Positions 54,091 through 64,000 of a stretch of DNA of 64,000 nucleotides are shown piece by piece; positions within the stretch are counted from its first letter, which is position 1; every line of letters begins with the position of its first letter. The DNA lies in contig NZ_JMCB01000001.1 in the NCBI RefSeq assembly GCF_000737315.1, positions 310,001 to 374,000 of the forward strand, read 5' to 3'. A model generated the notes under the pieces. The model worked only from the letters and a program-made list of their open reading frames with translations. It made no database searches and was not told where the DNA came from. A program made the translations under genes and the position numbers. This DNA comes from Hyalangium minutum. Its GTDB lineage: Bacteria > Myxococcota > Myxococcia > Myxococcales > Myxococcaceae.

Positions 54091-54317
54091 CGTGAATCGT
54101 GCCTGCGACCCCGGCCGGACCGCGCGTGCGGTTATTTACTTACTCCAGGCACTCGCCCCGGTGCCAGTCCCCCTTGGAGCATGCGGGCTCAACCTTTCAG
54201 CCGAAGCAGGTAGGCCTCCAGGAACGTGGACGAGCGGGCGACGACAGAGGACTTGTTCGAGGACGCGAGAGCCTTTCATGAGAAGGCTCCCGCCTCTTTC
54301 CCCCCTTTGAGAGTCCG

Positions 54318-55067
54318 TCAGATCTGCGATGCGCCGCCATCGGCGAACAGCTCCGTGCCCGTGACAAAGCTGCTGTCGTCCGAGGCGAGGAACGAGACGA
54401 CCTTGGCGATCTCGTCAGGCTGACCCAGCCGGCCCAGGGGAACGGACGCCACGAGGCTCGCCTTGAACTGCGCCTTCTGCTCTGGAGTCTTGGCCAGCCC
54501 GTCGAGTCCCGGAGTGTCGATGGGCCCCGGGCTGACGACATTGACGCGGATCTTCCGCTCCTTCAGCTCGAGGATCCAGCTGCGGGCGAAGGACCGCAGG
54601 GCGGCCTTGGTCGCGGCGTACACGCTGAAGGCCGCGGCGCCCTTGGTGGAGACGTTCGAGCCATTCAGGATGATCGAACCCCCTTCGCGGAACAGCGGCA
54701 GCGCCTTCTGCACGGTGAACACCACACCCTTCACGTTGCTGCCGAAGGTCTGGTCGAAGTGCGCCTCGGTGAGGTCACTCAGCGGGAGGAACTCACCGCC
54801 GCCCGCGTTCGCGAAGAGGATGTCGATGTGCCCGGCCTCGCGCTTCACCGTGGCGTAGAGCCGATCCAGGTCCGCGAGCTTTGAGGTGTCCCCCTGCACG
54901 CCCGTGGCGTTCTTTCCCAGCTTCTGGACTGCGGCGTCGAGCTCGGCCTGCCGCCGGCCCGTGATGAACACCTTCGCTCCCTCGTTGACCAGCCGCTGCG
55001 CCGTGGCGAAGCCAATGCCCGAGGTACCACCCGTAACGACGGCCACCTTGCCCTGATGCTTGCTCAT
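54318..55067 (-). CDS. SDR-family oxidoreductase
   Basis: [35 protein letters not shown]. Confidence 0.95.
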   Translation of the reverse strand: MSKHQGKVAVVTGGTSGIGFATAQRLVNEGAKVFITGRRQAELDAAVQKLGKNATGVQGDTSKLADLDRLYATVKREAGHIDILFANAGGGEFLPLSDLTEAHFDQTFGSNVKGVVFTVQKALPLFREGGSIILNGSNVSTKGAAAFSVYAATKAALRSFARSWILELKERKIRVNVVSPGPIDTPGLDGLAKTPEQKAQFKASLVASVPLGRLGQPDEIAKVVSFLASDDSSFVTGTELFADGGASQI

Positions 55068-55089
55068 GATTTCGGTCCTTTCACGATTT

Positions 55090-55140
55090 TGATGACGACC
55101 AACATCGTTGCCGACAGGACTTTAATGACGGCCCTCATTA
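55090..55140. promoter_or_regulatory. Two TetR operator-like palindromes in the SDR/TetR divergent gap
   Basis: TAATGA-CGGCCC-TCATTA (55123-55140) and a degenerate copy TGATGA-CGACCA-ACATCG (55090-55107). Confidence 0.7.
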
Positions 55141-55188
55141 TTATTGTCAAGCGAACCGGCCGAGGGCTGGTGTGGAGGAGGAAGAACG

Positions 55189-55782
55189 ATGCGACTCACC
55201 AAGGAGCAGGCGGCCCAGAACCGGCGGGACATCCTCGAGGCAGCGGGGCGGCTCTTCCGCGAGCGCGGGTTCGAGGGGGTGGGCATCGCGGACCTGATGA
55301 AGGCGGCGGGCTTCACCCATGGGGGTTTCTACAACCACTTTCCCTCCAAGCAGGCGCTCGCGGCGGAGATGTGCTCGGAGGCCTTCCAGCGCTCGAACTC
55401 CAAGCTGGCAGAGGAGCTGGAGCAGGCTCCGGACGAAGCGCTGAGGGGCTTCGTGGAGCACTACCTGTCACCTGAGCACCGGGACGATCCCGCGCAGGGC
55501 TGCACCCTGGCCGCGCTGGCGGCCGACACTGGGCGTCAGCCCCAAGAGGTCCAGGAGAGCGTCGCCAAGGGCCTGGAGGAAGTGATCCAGCTCATCGCCG
55601 CGAACCTCACCCAGGCCCTCCCTGAGCCGCGTACCGCAGGGAAGACCTCGCCACGGGAGCGAGCCATCCAGTTGATGAGCGAGGTGGTTGGCGGGCTGAT
55701 CCTGGCGCGAGCGGTCGCGGCCGCCAACCCTGAGTTCTCCGATGAGATTCTCGAGGCCAACCTGCGCAAGCTGATCAAGTGA
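55189..55782 (+). CDS. TetR/AcrR-family regulator
   Basis: LFRERGFEGVGIADLMKAAGFTHGGFYNHFPSK, GC.LAAL.AD. Confidence 0.93.
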   Translation: MRLTKEQAAQNRRDILEAAGRLFRERGFEGVGIADLMKAAGFTHGGFYNHFPSKQALAAEMCSEAFQRSNSKLAEELEQAPDEALRGFVEHYLSPEHRDDPAQGCTLAALAADTGRQPQEVQESVAKGLEEVIQLIAANLTQALPEPRTAGKTSPRERAIQLMSEVVGGLILARAVAAANPEFSDEILEANLRKLIK

Positions 55783-55819
55783 AGCTCGCGTCATGGTGCC
55801 GCCACGGCCCGCATCGTGA

Positions 55820-56392
55820 CTAACGCAGGAAGCGCTCGTACTTGCGGAGACGCTCGGGGTCGCCCGAGCGCAGATCCTCCTCGCGGTGGGCCTCGTAGGC
55901 GTCTCGGTACTCCGCGCGCGTCATGTGGTTGGGTGAGCTGAAGCGCGCGAGCCGCTCGGGACCGTCGCTGAAGGCATCCTGCTCGCGATCGTCCTCCCAC
56001 ATGCATACCGGGCAGATGTCGTACTCGCCGCGCCAGAGGAACGTGCGGAAGCCGCAGCACGGACACGGCTCCGCGGGAGCGGGCTGGCCTTCGACGGAAT
56101 CCACCTCCACGCCGAGCACCCGCGCCTCCTCGAGCAGGGCCTCGTTGCGGACGATCCGCCGCGCATCTTCCTCGAGGAACTCGAAGAAGGCGTCATAGGT
56201 GGAGCGCCACAGCTTGGGCGGGGAGTCGGGACGCCGGAGCATCTCTTCGCGCACCGACCCGGGGAGCCGCTGCCAACCGTCGGAGTCCTCGTCCCAGTGC
56301 CAGTACGCGTCCAGCTCCGACAGCTTCTCGTGGGGAGGCCGGCGGGCGACGAACTCTCGAGCAATCAAGCGAATGAGCGCGTCGCGCTGCAT
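55820..56392 (-). CDS. CPCC-family cysteine-rich protein
   Basis: PCPCCGFRT....GEYDICPVCMWEDD...SSPNHMT. ATG 56392 with RBS GGAGG. Confidence 0.85.
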   Translation of the reverse strand: MQRDALIRLIAREFVARRPPHEKLSELDAYWHWDEDSDGWQRLPGSVREEMLRRPDSPPKLWRSTYDAFFEFLEEDARRIVRNEALLEEARVLGVEVDSVEGQPAPAEPCPCCGFRTFLWRGEYDICPVCMWEDDREQDAFSDGPERLARFSSPNHMTRAEYRDAYEAHREEDLRSGDPERLRKYERFLR

Positions 56393-56556
56393 GGAGGTCC
56401 TCCGGAGCGGTGATTGCGGCAGGAAGCGGGACACGCCAGGTCTCCTGTTCGGAGGCTTCCATCAAGCCGTTCCTATACTTGCTCCTCTCTCTCCGTCACC
56501 TAGCATGTGCACCCCGTTCCGCCTCGCGGCATGACCGCGGGGGTGAAGAGACCTCC

Positions 56557-58230
56557 GTGCTCTGCTACTTCCGGTGCAAAAAATGTGGCCAGGTGAGCGA
56601 CCTCTTGCTGGAGAGCGAGGCCAAGACACTCAAGCCCAGCTGCAACACCTGCGCGAAGACGGGAGGCAGCGAGGTCGAGACGAAGCGCACGTTCGCCTTC
56701 GCCTTCGGTTGCCGGACCTGCTGGAAGACCTGGCGCTGGTGCACGCCCTCCAACTATGCCACGGCCAAGGCGGCGCGGCCCGACTGCCCCCAGTGCAACA
56801 GCAACAAAGAGGTCTATTTCATCCCCTCTCAGGTCACCAAGAAGAAGGCTGAGAAGCGGCAGCGCCCCGGCATGCTGGATGATCCCCAGCATGACCCCAG
56901 CCGCTATGACACGCTGGATGTCGAGAAGACCCTCGTCGGTGTGAAGCGGACCAAGCGAGAGGAACTCGCGAAGAAGGAGGAGGACTTCATCTTCACGTCG
57001 CTGGAGGATCCGTCCTTCGCCACGGTGTCTCGCATGGAGGGCACCTACAAACAGCAGCGGGTGCGGCAGAAGAAGTTCCTGAAACGGTTCGGCGAGATGA
57101 AGACGGGAAGCAATCCGCAGAAGACCTCGGAGCTGAAGACAGGCCGGGTCATCCCGAGATCCGAGTACGACAAGAAGCTGAAGTACAAGGTGGATGTGAA
57201 GGGCACGACGTACCCGAAGATGAACGCCTCCGCGCCCACCGTCGTCACCGATGTCCGGATCATCCCGCGCTCATCGACGTGGGACTACCGCGAGCTGGGG
57301 CCGAACTCCTTCCTCCGCCGGCTCAGCTCCATCCTGTACATGATTCATTTCGGCGTCGATGACCGGGCCCTCTACAAGAAGGGATCGGAGGACCACAAAA
57401 AGGCCTCCAAGGCGTTCAAATCCGACGACGAGAAGTACAAGCCCGTCGAGGTCCAGGCCATGTGGGCAGGCAATTCACTCTACCTGTCCACGAACAACCA
57501 CCTCTTCTCGGAGCTGCTGCTCGAAGCGCTCCAGACGAAGACGACGGTCCAGGCGCTTGTCGCCGACATCAACCTGGGGAGTGGAGGAACCTATAAGTCG
57601 CTCCCCCGGAACTTCACCAGTGACCATGTCGACAAGGTGAAAGAGTACCAGCAGGCAATCGTCACGAACACGGAGTCGGCCTACCGCTCCTATTTCCTCT
57701 TCCAATGGACGTATGTGTTCCAGCAGCTCCGCGAGGCGGTCGAGTTCACCAACATCAGCAGCGTCACGATCAAGCGCAGCGGCACCCACTACGACTCGTG
57801 GACGATCGCCCCTGGTGACAAGGCGCTGACGGCCAACCGCGTGTTCGTCGTCCTGCCCGAGACGGACACTCCCTCGAAGGGGCTCTTCGTGAACAAGGAG
57901 GTCCACGCGGAGGAGCTCTTCTATCCCATCCTGATGGAACTCGACGCCAAGGGCCGGTTGACAGAGCAGAGCCCGGCGTTTGTCGGGGGCGTCAAGACGG
58001 CGTGCTTCACCTGCGCTCTGGTCCTCAACGCGGCGTCCACGCGGCTCCAGAAGAAGCTGATCCTCCCCACGGACGCCTACGGCCACTACTGGGAGAACTC
58101 CGGGAAGCATGTCTCCGCGCTGACGTTCACGCCCAACACGCAGACCCTCGTGTTCTCGGACAACACCACCTCTCACAATGTCTACGACACGGAGATGCCG
58201 TGGTCTCCCAAGAGCCCCGATCACAAGTGA
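56557..58230 (+). CDS. Zn-ribbon protein with C-terminal deaminase-like motif (putative nucleic-acid deaminase toxin)
   Basis: N-terminal CKKC, CNTC, CRTC, CPQC; C-terminal HAE (57904-57912) and GGVKTACFTC (Cys at 58003 and 58012). GTG 56557 preferred. Confidence 0.7.
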   Translation: MLCYFRCKKCGQVSDLLLESEAKTLKPSCNTCAKTGGSEVETKRTFAFAFGCRTCWKTWRWCTPSNYATAKAARPDCPQCNSNKEVYFIPSQVTKKKAEKRQRPGMLDDPQHDPSRYDTLDVEKTLVGVKRTKREELAKKEEDFIFTSLEDPSFATVSRMEGTYKQQRVRQKKFLKRFGEMKTGSNPQKTSELKTGRVIPRSEYDKKLKYKVDVKGTTYPKMNASAPTVVTDVRIIPRSSTWDYRELGPNSFLRRLSSILYMIHFGVDDRALYKKGSEDHKKASKAFKSDDEKYKPVEVQAMWAGNSLYLSTNNHLFSELLLEALQTKTTVQALVADINLGSGGTYKSLPRNFTSDHVDKVKEYQQAIVTNTESAYRSYFLFQWTYVFQQLREAVEFTNISSVTIKRSGTHYDSWTIAPGDKALTANRVFVVLPETDTPSKGLFVNKEVHAEELFYPILMELDAKGRLTEQSPAFVGGVKTACFTCALVLNAASTRLQKKLILPTDAYGHYWENSGKHVSALTFTPNTQTLVFSDNTTSHNVYDTEMPWSPKSPDHK

Positions 58231-58243
58231 GCAAGGAGTGAAC

Positions 58244-59068
58244 GTGGGCACAGACGACTTCGACGGCTGGATCCAGAGCCAGATCGCCTCACTGACTCAG
58301 GAGCGCGATGCATTGTGTGCCAAGCGTGATGAGGCCCGGGCGCACGCGACTCCCCGATCGCTGACGGAGGAGCGAGAGCTGGTGGGCTTGCTGGGAGAGT
58401 TCTTCCGCCGCCATCGCTGCGTGAGCGGTACGCTCGAGCACATCCGCAGGCGACGTAACACCGAGACGGTTGTCTACGGCATTCGCGAGAACGGCGACCC
58501 GGACACCTTCTTCTCCTTCAAGGGCGAACCATTCTGGGTCCGGATCGAGGAGTTCCTCGAAACTCAGGAAGGCGAGTGCCGGCTGGAGCTCCGGGTCGAT
58601 CTCGCCAAAGGCATGTCATCCGCGAGCTTCCTCGACGGCGAGAGCTACCGAAACTGGGATGAGGCGGCTGAGCTGAGCAGCGGGGTGGACCAACTCGAAC
58701 GCCGGATCAAGGGCTTCCGAGGCCTCAATGTGAGCAAGGAGCCCTTCGGTAAGCCACTGGCCCGCAAGGTGGCGCAGGCGCTGAGCCGAGGGGACCTGTG
58801 CTTCTCCCACAGGGACTACTGCGGTACGGGTCTGTTCCTGAGCCAGTCGGGCCACTACCTCTACGCCACCGTCGAAGATGGTGGCCCGGCGAACGTCCTC
58901 CGCGAGTTTCCGAGCATCGAGCCCTTCGTCGAGTGGCTTGCGCAGCAGAGCGACGCTTCGCTGTCGCGGTTCGGCGAGACCGACTTCGTCTTCCTCAACC
59001 AGACCCTCCGCCGCCAACGCCTGGAGGAGTTCATTGCCGGCCAGCACGGGTACAGGACCCTTTCATGA
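58244..59068 (+). CDS. Hypothetical protein, putative immunity/partner of the upstream deaminase-like gene
   Basis: Starts 13 bp after the upstream stop with RBS AAGGAG; coiled N-terminus; C-terminal HRDYCGTGL...F.EWLAQQSD domain. The function is inferred from position only. Confidence 0.6.
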   Translation: MGTDDFDGWIQSQIASLTQERDALCAKRDEARAHATPRSLTEERELVGLLGEFFRRHRCVSGTLEHIRRRRNTETVVYGIRENGDPDTFFSFKGEPFWVRIEEFLETQEGECRLELRVDLAKGMSSASFLDGESYRNWDEAAELSSGVDQLERRIKGFRGLNVSKEPFGKPLARKVAQALSRGDLCFSHRDYCGTGLFLSQSGHYLYATVEDGGPANVLREFPSIEPFVEWLAQQSDASLSRFGETDFVFLNQTLRRQRLEEFIAGQHGYRTLS

Positions 59069-61398
59069 CTCCAAAACCTCTCATTCTCTTCGTCGCGCTC
59101 GCCGCTGTGCTGCTTGCGCGTTGCACCTCTCCTGAGACTGGCACGGCCCAGTTCGCCGTCTCCGCGAGGCAGGCGCTTGCCTCCAACATCTCCCGCGTCA
59201 CCGTGACTTCCAGCGCGGCGGATATCCCCTCTGTCACAGTGGAGCTCGCCCAGACCCACGGCCTATGGGGCGGCATCATTGGCAACATTCCCGCCGGCTC
59301 CAACCGCGCCTTTCACGCGCAGGCTTTCGATGCTTCGGGCGCTCTGCTCTTCGAAGGTACCGCCTCCGGCGTCACCATCTCCGAAAGCCAGACCACCCTG
59401 GTGGCCATCACCCTCCAGGAGGTGAATGCTCCGCCGCCGCTCGACAACGAGGCCCCGATTATCGACTCGCTGGTGGCCACAGCCACCACGGTGGCCCCGG
59501 GCGGCAACCTGGTCCTGCAGGCCACCGCCCACGACCCCAACCCGGGTGACACCCTCACCTACGCCTGGTCTTCCACCGCGGGCACCTTCTCCGCGAGCAC
59601 CTCGGATGTCACGGGGTGGATCGCGCCTCTCACGCTTGGCGCTCAGCGGCTCACCTTGACCGTCACGGACCCAGGCGGCCTCTCCTCGAGCATTTCCCTG
59701 AACGTCAACGTGGCCACGAGCGGACCGGAGGGAGAAGCGCAGCTCTCCATCACCTTCAACAGCTCGCCTCGGCTTGCCTGGGTGTCTGCCTCCCCCACGC
59801 AGCTCTCCCCCGGGCAGACCACCTCGGTCTCTGTCGCAGGCACTGATCCGGATGAGGATGGCCTCTCCTACTCCTGGAGCGCCACGTGTGCAGGCGCTTG
59901 GGCCAATGCCTCCTCCAGCTCCGCTCAGTTCACGCCCTCGGCCCTGCCTGCCGTGGCCTGCAACAACTGCCGCCTCACGGTCTCCGTGTCGGATGGGCGT
60001 GGCGGGCAAACCACCGGCACCGTGGCCCTGTGCGTGAGCGATACCCCGCCTATCAACCACTTCCCTCCTGTCATCATCCGCTCCTACCGATCCTCGGACA
60101 CGGCCACGGCGGGCCAGGAGCTCACATATGAGGTGGAGGCCAGGGATCCCGAGAACTCCGCGCTGACCTTCTCCTGGGCCGCCAGCACTGGCTCTCTGGG
60201 AGCTCCGGCCCATGGCACTTCCCACAGCCGCATCACTTGGACCGCGCCCTCCTGCCTCGATGCCTCCACGGCCGTCACCGTCACCGTCACCAATGCCTCC
60301 CACCTGATGGCCACGAGAACCTTCACGGTGTCCGGACTGCCCGCGTGTTCCAATGCCGGCTGGTCCCCAGCTGGCTCCTTGACTCTCGGCCGTTTGTACC
60401 ACTCCGCGACCGTGCTACCCGGCGGCAGGGTGCTCACCACAGGAGGGCGGACCAACAACGGCACCCTCGATACGTCCGAGCTGTATGAGCCGGTGTCCAA
60501 CACCTGGCGCCCCACCTCCCCCATGCTGATGCCGCGAGAGCGGCACTCGGCGACGCTGCTCCTCAACGGCAAAGTGCTCGTTACCGCCGGAGAGAGCTAT
60601 GGCGAATGGGGCTACAGCGAAAACGTTACAGCCGCGGAGCTGTATGACCCGGCCTCAGGCTCCTGGAGCATGACCGGCTCCTTGGCCTCGCCCCGAGACC
60701 AACACACGGCGACGCGACTGACCGATGGCCGGGTACTCGTGACCGGGGGACGCCCTTCCAATGGCTCCATCAGTGCCGCTGCCTCGGCGGAGGTGTACGA
60801 CCCGGCTTCGGGGACCTGGAGCGCCACGGGCTCCATGATCACCCGTCGCTCGGGGCACCGAGCGACGCTGCTGTCCAATGGAAAGGTGATGGTCTCGGGT
60901 GGACAACATGAGGGCACCTCTCTCTCAACGGCGGAGGTGTACGACCCTGCTTCGGGAACCTGGAGCGCCACGGGCTCTCTCGCAGAGGCGCGTTATGATC
61001 ACACCGCGACGCTGCTGCCCAATGGCAAGGTGCTCGTCACGGGTGGGTATGGAGCGGGCGCTGCCATTGCCACCTCGGAGGTGTATGACCCAGCCACGGG
61101 CACCTGGAGCGCCACCCCGTCCATGAGCGTGCCGCGCATTTGGCACACCGCGACGCTGCTTCCCAACGGCAAGGTGCTCGTCGCAGGCGGGTTCAACTTT
61201 CTGCATTATGAGCTCGCGACAGCGGAGGTGTATGACCCAGTCACGAGCACTTGGAGCAGCACCCCGTCCATGGCCTCGCGCCGCAGATTCCACGTGGCGG
61301 CGCTCATGCCAGACGGCAAGGTGCTCGTCGTGAGTGGAAACGGCTGGGAGGGGCAGGTTCTCGGCACTCTCGCGTCCTCGGAGCTGTACACCCCCTAA
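59065..61398 (+). CDS. Kelch-repeat lipoprotein with Ig-like domains
   Basis: Lipobox-like LLARC, three AP/P.I..L-type Ig repeats (AHDPNPGD.L.Y.W), seven R..H.AT.L.(N/D)G.VLV.GG Kelch blades. ATGA overlap with the upstream gene. Confidence 0.88.
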   Translation: MTPKPLILFVALAAVLLARCTSPETGTAQFAVSARQALASNISRVTVTSSAADIPSVTVELAQTHGLWGGIIGNIPAGSNRAFHAQAFDASGALLFEGTASGVTISESQTTLVAITLQEVNAPPPLDNEAPIIDSLVATATTVAPGGNLVLQATAHDPNPGDTLTYAWSSTAGTFSASTSDVTGWIAPLTLGAQRLTLTVTDPGGLSSSISLNVNVATSGPEGEAQLSITFNSSPRLAWVSASPTQLSPGQTTSVSVAGTDPDEDGLSYSWSATCAGAWANASSSSAQFTPSALPAVACNNCRLTVSVSDGRGGQTTGTVALCVSDTPPINHFPPVIIRSYRSSDTATAGQELTYEVEARDPENSALTFSWAASTGSLGAPAHGTSHSRITWTAPSCLDASTAVTVTVTNASHLMATRTFTVSGLPACSNAGWSPAGSLTLGRLYHSATVLPGGRVLTTGGRTNNGTLDTSELYEPVSNTWRPTSPMLMPRERHSATLLLNGKVLVTAGESYGEWGYSENVTAAELYDPASGSWSMTGSLASPRDQHTATRLTDGRVLVTGGRPSNGSISAAASAEVYDPASGTWSATGSMITRRSGHRATLLSNGKVMVSGGQHEGTSLSTAEVYDPASGTWSATGSLAEARYDHTATLLPNGKVLVTGGYGAGAAIATSEVYDPATGTWSATPSMSVPRIWHTATLLPNGKVLVAGGFNFLHYELATAEVYDPVTSTWSSTPSMASRRRFHVAALMPDGKVLVVSGNGWEGQVLGTLASSELYTP

Positions 61399-61453
61399 TG
61401 CCCCTCGATCGCTCCTGGCGTTTCATCGGGATTGGCTTCCACGCGCCTGAGTC

Positions 61454-62500
61454 CTAACGGCGCGTGGCTCCACCGGCGGCGGCCTCACGTTGGGCGGAGA
61501 GCCAGGCCTGCCGGGCCTCCAGGGGCAGGAGGCTGTGCTCGAAGCCCGCGGCGGCGAGGGAGAGGATCTGCTCAGCGCTCCAAGAGAAGCGGTCCGCGCA
61601 GCGCAGGTACTCGTCGGTCAGGGTGGTGGAGAACAACGGGGGATCATCGCTCGCCAGGGTGATGGAGAGCCCAGCCTCCAACAGTCGCGGCAGAGGGTGC
61701 TGGCCGAGCTCGGAGCAGACGCCCAGCGAGACGTTGCTGCTCGGGCAAACCTCAAGGGGGATCCGCTTCTCGGCGAGGTACTGGACCAGCGAGGCATCCT
61801 CCAGACAGCGAACCCCGTGGCCCAGCCGCTCGGCGCCCAGCCACCTCAGGGCCGCCCAGATGCTCTCGGGGCCGGCATGCTCGCCGGCATGGGGCAGGCT
61901 GTGCAGGCCCTCGTCCCGAGCCCGCGTGAAGAGCGGCGCGAATGGCTGGAGCGGCCACTCCAGCGACTCGGGCCCCGAGAGCCCCAGCCCCACCACCCCG
62001 TGCTCCCGGCCACGCAGGGCCAGCTCGAGGGTGGGCTCGGCCCGGTCGGCCTGATTCCGGAGGGTGTCGAACACCCAAGCGAGCTCGACAGCATGCTCCT
62101 CCCGTGCTCGCGCTCGGCCTTCGGCCAGGCCTGACAGCAGCTCATCCCCTGAGACACCGCGCGCCACGTGCGTCATCGGCGTCACAGTGACCTCGGCATA
62201 GCGCACGTTCTGCGCGGCGAGCCCCCGTGCCAGGTCGACGGTGATGGCGGTGAAGTCCTCGGCATCCGTGAGGCAACTCGAGAGGGCGAGATAGAGACGA
62301 AGGAAATCGTCGAACGAGGTGAACCGGTAGTGCCGCCGCAGCCCCTCGACTCCCTCGTCGCTTCCCGGGAGCGAGCGGCCATGCCTGTTCGCGAGCCTCA
62401 GGGCCAGCTCGGGTTGGATGCTCCCTTCGAGATGGAGGTGGAGTTCGGCCTTGGGCAGGCGGCGGATAAGCTCATCCCTGGGCAGTGCGAGTCCTGGCAT
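61454..62500 (-). CDS. add: Adenosine deaminase family protein
   Basis: PKAELHLHLEGS, VRYAE, HAGE, ERLGHG, LEVCPSSN, SDDP. ATG 62500. Confidence 0.92.
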   Translation of the reverse strand: MPGLALPRDELIRRLPKAELHLHLEGSIQPELALRLANRHGRSLPGSDEGVEGLRRHYRFTSFDDFLRLYLALSSCLTDAEDFTAITVDLARGLAAQNVRYAEVTVTPMTHVARGVSGDELLSGLAEGRARAREEHAVELAWVFDTLRNQADRAEPTLELALRGREHGVVGLGLSGPESLEWPLQPFAPLFTRARDEGLHSLPHAGEHAGPESIWAALRWLGAERLGHGVRCLEDASLVQYLAEKRIPLEVCPSSNVSLGVCSELGQHPLPRLLEAGLSITLASDDPPLFSTTLTDEYLRCADRFSWSAEQILSLAAAGFEHSLLPLEARQAWLSAQREAAAGGATRR

Positions 62501-62504
62501 GTCC

Positions 62505-64000
62505 TCAGTCCCGAGCGCCCAGCCGCACCAGCTGGCCCGGCCGCTCGTCCGTGATGGCGCCGTGGCGCTGCACCGCGCGGCCCGCGACGAAGGTCGCCAC
62601 ATAGCCCTCGGCGGTCTGCACGAAGCGCTTGCCCCCGGCGGGCAGGTCACGCCGCAGCTCAGGCCTGCGGAGCGACAGGCGTGACGGCTCGATCACATTG
62701 AGATCGGCGCGCATCCCCGGTGCGATCACACCCCGGTCGGACAGGCCCAGGTAGCGCGCGTTGCGCGAGGTCAGCAGCTCTACCGTGCGCTCCAGGGGCA
62801 GTCGCTCCCGCTCGCGGTCGCGTGCCCACCACGTCAACAGGAAGGTCGGGAAGCTCGCGTCGCAGACCGTGCCCACGTGCGCACCCGCATCCGAGAGCCC
62901 TGCGAGCGCCCGCGGATGCTCGAGCATCCGCCGGACCACCTCGAGCGAGCCGCCGTTGTAGTTGAAGATCGGGAAGTAGATGAGGTTCGAGCCGTCCCCC
63001 TCGCAGAGGTAGTCGTACAGCGCGGCGAGGGCCGGCTGTCCACTGTGCTTCGCGCGCACCAGGAACGAGTCGGCCAGCGCGGGCTCGTAGTTCGGCCTCT
63101 CGCCGAGAGGGAACATCCGCCCACTGATGAGCTCGATGCGCTGCAACAGGAGGTCCACCAAGGGGGGGATGGGCGTGCCGTCACCCGCCAGCCGCTCGGG
63201 CTTCTCGGAGAGGATGCGCGCGCGCCGGGCGGGCTCGCGCAGGGCCGCAGCGCGCTCGGCCAGCGGCAGCGAGGAGATCTCCTTGTAGCCCGGGAAGCCG
63301 ATGAAGGGATGAAAGCTCGCGTCCAGCCCCAGCAACACGCCGATCCCGCGCGCCGCCGCCTGCAGGTACAGCGGCAACCCCCGCGCCACTGCGGCCTCGA
63401 CGCGCTCCCGAATGGCCTCGTACTGCTCGCCGCCTGGGTCGCGCTGCAGCCAGGTCATCGACAGCGGCCGGCCCGCGGCACGGGCGAGCTGCTCGACCAG
63501 ATCGAACTCGGCGTGGAACCGGCCCGGGTCGCGCAGCAGATCGAAGTCGCTCACCACTTGAAGCACGCCGTGCGAGAGCCCCTGGAAAGCCTGGGCGAGG
63601 CCCGCAAGCTCGTGGGCGCTCGCCTCCGAGGCAGGGGTCTCCCGGCCCTCCGCCGTGCGGTGGTTGTCGGTGCGGCCGGTGGTGAAGCCCGCGGCCCCCG
63701 CCTGGAGCGCGGCGTGCAGCAACTGGCGCATCGTCGAGATGTCCTCGGGCGTCGCGGCCTGGTGGGCCTCGGCGCGCTCGCCCATTACATAGATCCGCAG
63801 CGGGTCGTGAGGAACCTGGACGAGGAAGTCCAGGCTGTGAGGCACTGCCGCGAGCGCGTCCATGTACTGGGGGAAGCTCTCCCAGCCCCAGCGGATGCCC
63901 TCGGCGAGCGCGGCGCCGGGAATGTCCTCCACGCCTTCCATCAGGCTGATCAGGCGAGGGTGCTCGTTCGGGCGCACGGGCGCGAAGCCGACGCCGCAGT
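62505..64000 (-). CDS. N-acyl-D-amino-acid deacylase-family amidohydrolase, N-terminus beyond the window
   Basis: [58 protein letters not shown]. Confidence 0.9.
   Translation of the reverse strand, partial: CGVGFAPVRPNEHPRLISLMEGVEDIPGAALAEGIRWGWESFPQYMDALAAVPHSLDFLVQVPHDPLRIYVMGERAEAHQAATPEDISTMRQLLHAALQAGAAGFTTGRTDNHRTAEGRETPASEASAHELAGLAQAFQGLSHGVLQVVSDFDLLRDPGRFHAEFDLVEQLARAAGRPLSMTWLQRDPGGEQYEAIRERVEAAVARGLPLYLQAAARGIGVLLGLDASFHPFIGFPGYKEISSLPLAERAAALREPARRARILSEKPERLAGDGTPIPPLVDLLLQRIELISGRMFPLGERPNYEPALADSFLVRAKHSGQPALAALYDYLCEGDGSNLIYFPIFNYNGGSLEVVRRMLEHPRALAGLSDAGAHVGTVCDASFPTFLLTWWARDRERERLPLERTVELLTSRNARYLGLSDRGVIAPGMRADLNVIEPSRLSLRRPELRRDLPAGGKRFVQTAEGYVATFVAGRAVQRHGAITDERPGQLVRLGARD

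Noticed and set aside
54189-54242. Minus-strand VARSSTFLEAYLLRLKG* resembling an SMI1/KNR4 C-terminus
   Set aside because: Only 17 residues with no upstream frame, so the resemblance could be chance.

Overview
GC-rich bacterial DNA. The gene content (Hanks kinase plus DUF2381 pair, TonB-CTD-fused receptor, Kelch/Ig lipoprotein, beta-hairpin docking NRPS) suggests a myxobacterium, probably Archangiaceae; this is inference. From left to right the window holds: (1) the end of an RND-TolC operon, extended by an Omp85/POTRA gene and a patatin gene; (2) a 10-kb LacI-TBDR-GH144-ABC-GH1 sugar locus bracketed by a 40-bp direct repeat; (3) a decayed accessory region (16.2-25.4 kb) with a tmRNA-like 3' end, an integrase relic, arsC, Crp/Fnr and DUF4386 relics, bioY, nmrA/tetR, and a kinase with a Tyr-kinase-like catalytic loop; (4) a long RTX repeat protein; (5) an alpha/beta hydrolase and a P450 converging on a three-gene AT-less PKS / Gly-NRPS / non-canonical Cys-thioesterase operon; (6) a trypsin-like lipoprotein, a TPR protein and a GH87-type glucanase; (7) a caspase-ExbB-ExbD-TonB-TBDR-lipoprotein block; (8) SDR/TetR; (9) a CPCC protein divergent from a Zn-ribbon/deaminase-motif protein, its putative immunity gene and a Kelch lipoprotein; (10) an adenosine deaminase and a truncated amidohydrolase. 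The best candidates for an undescribed system are the docked minimal trans-AT PKS-NRPS-Cys-TE line (29.7-37.2 kb) and the delivery-domain-less deaminase module (55.8-61.4 kb). All family calls come from motif recognition by eye; no database searches were run.
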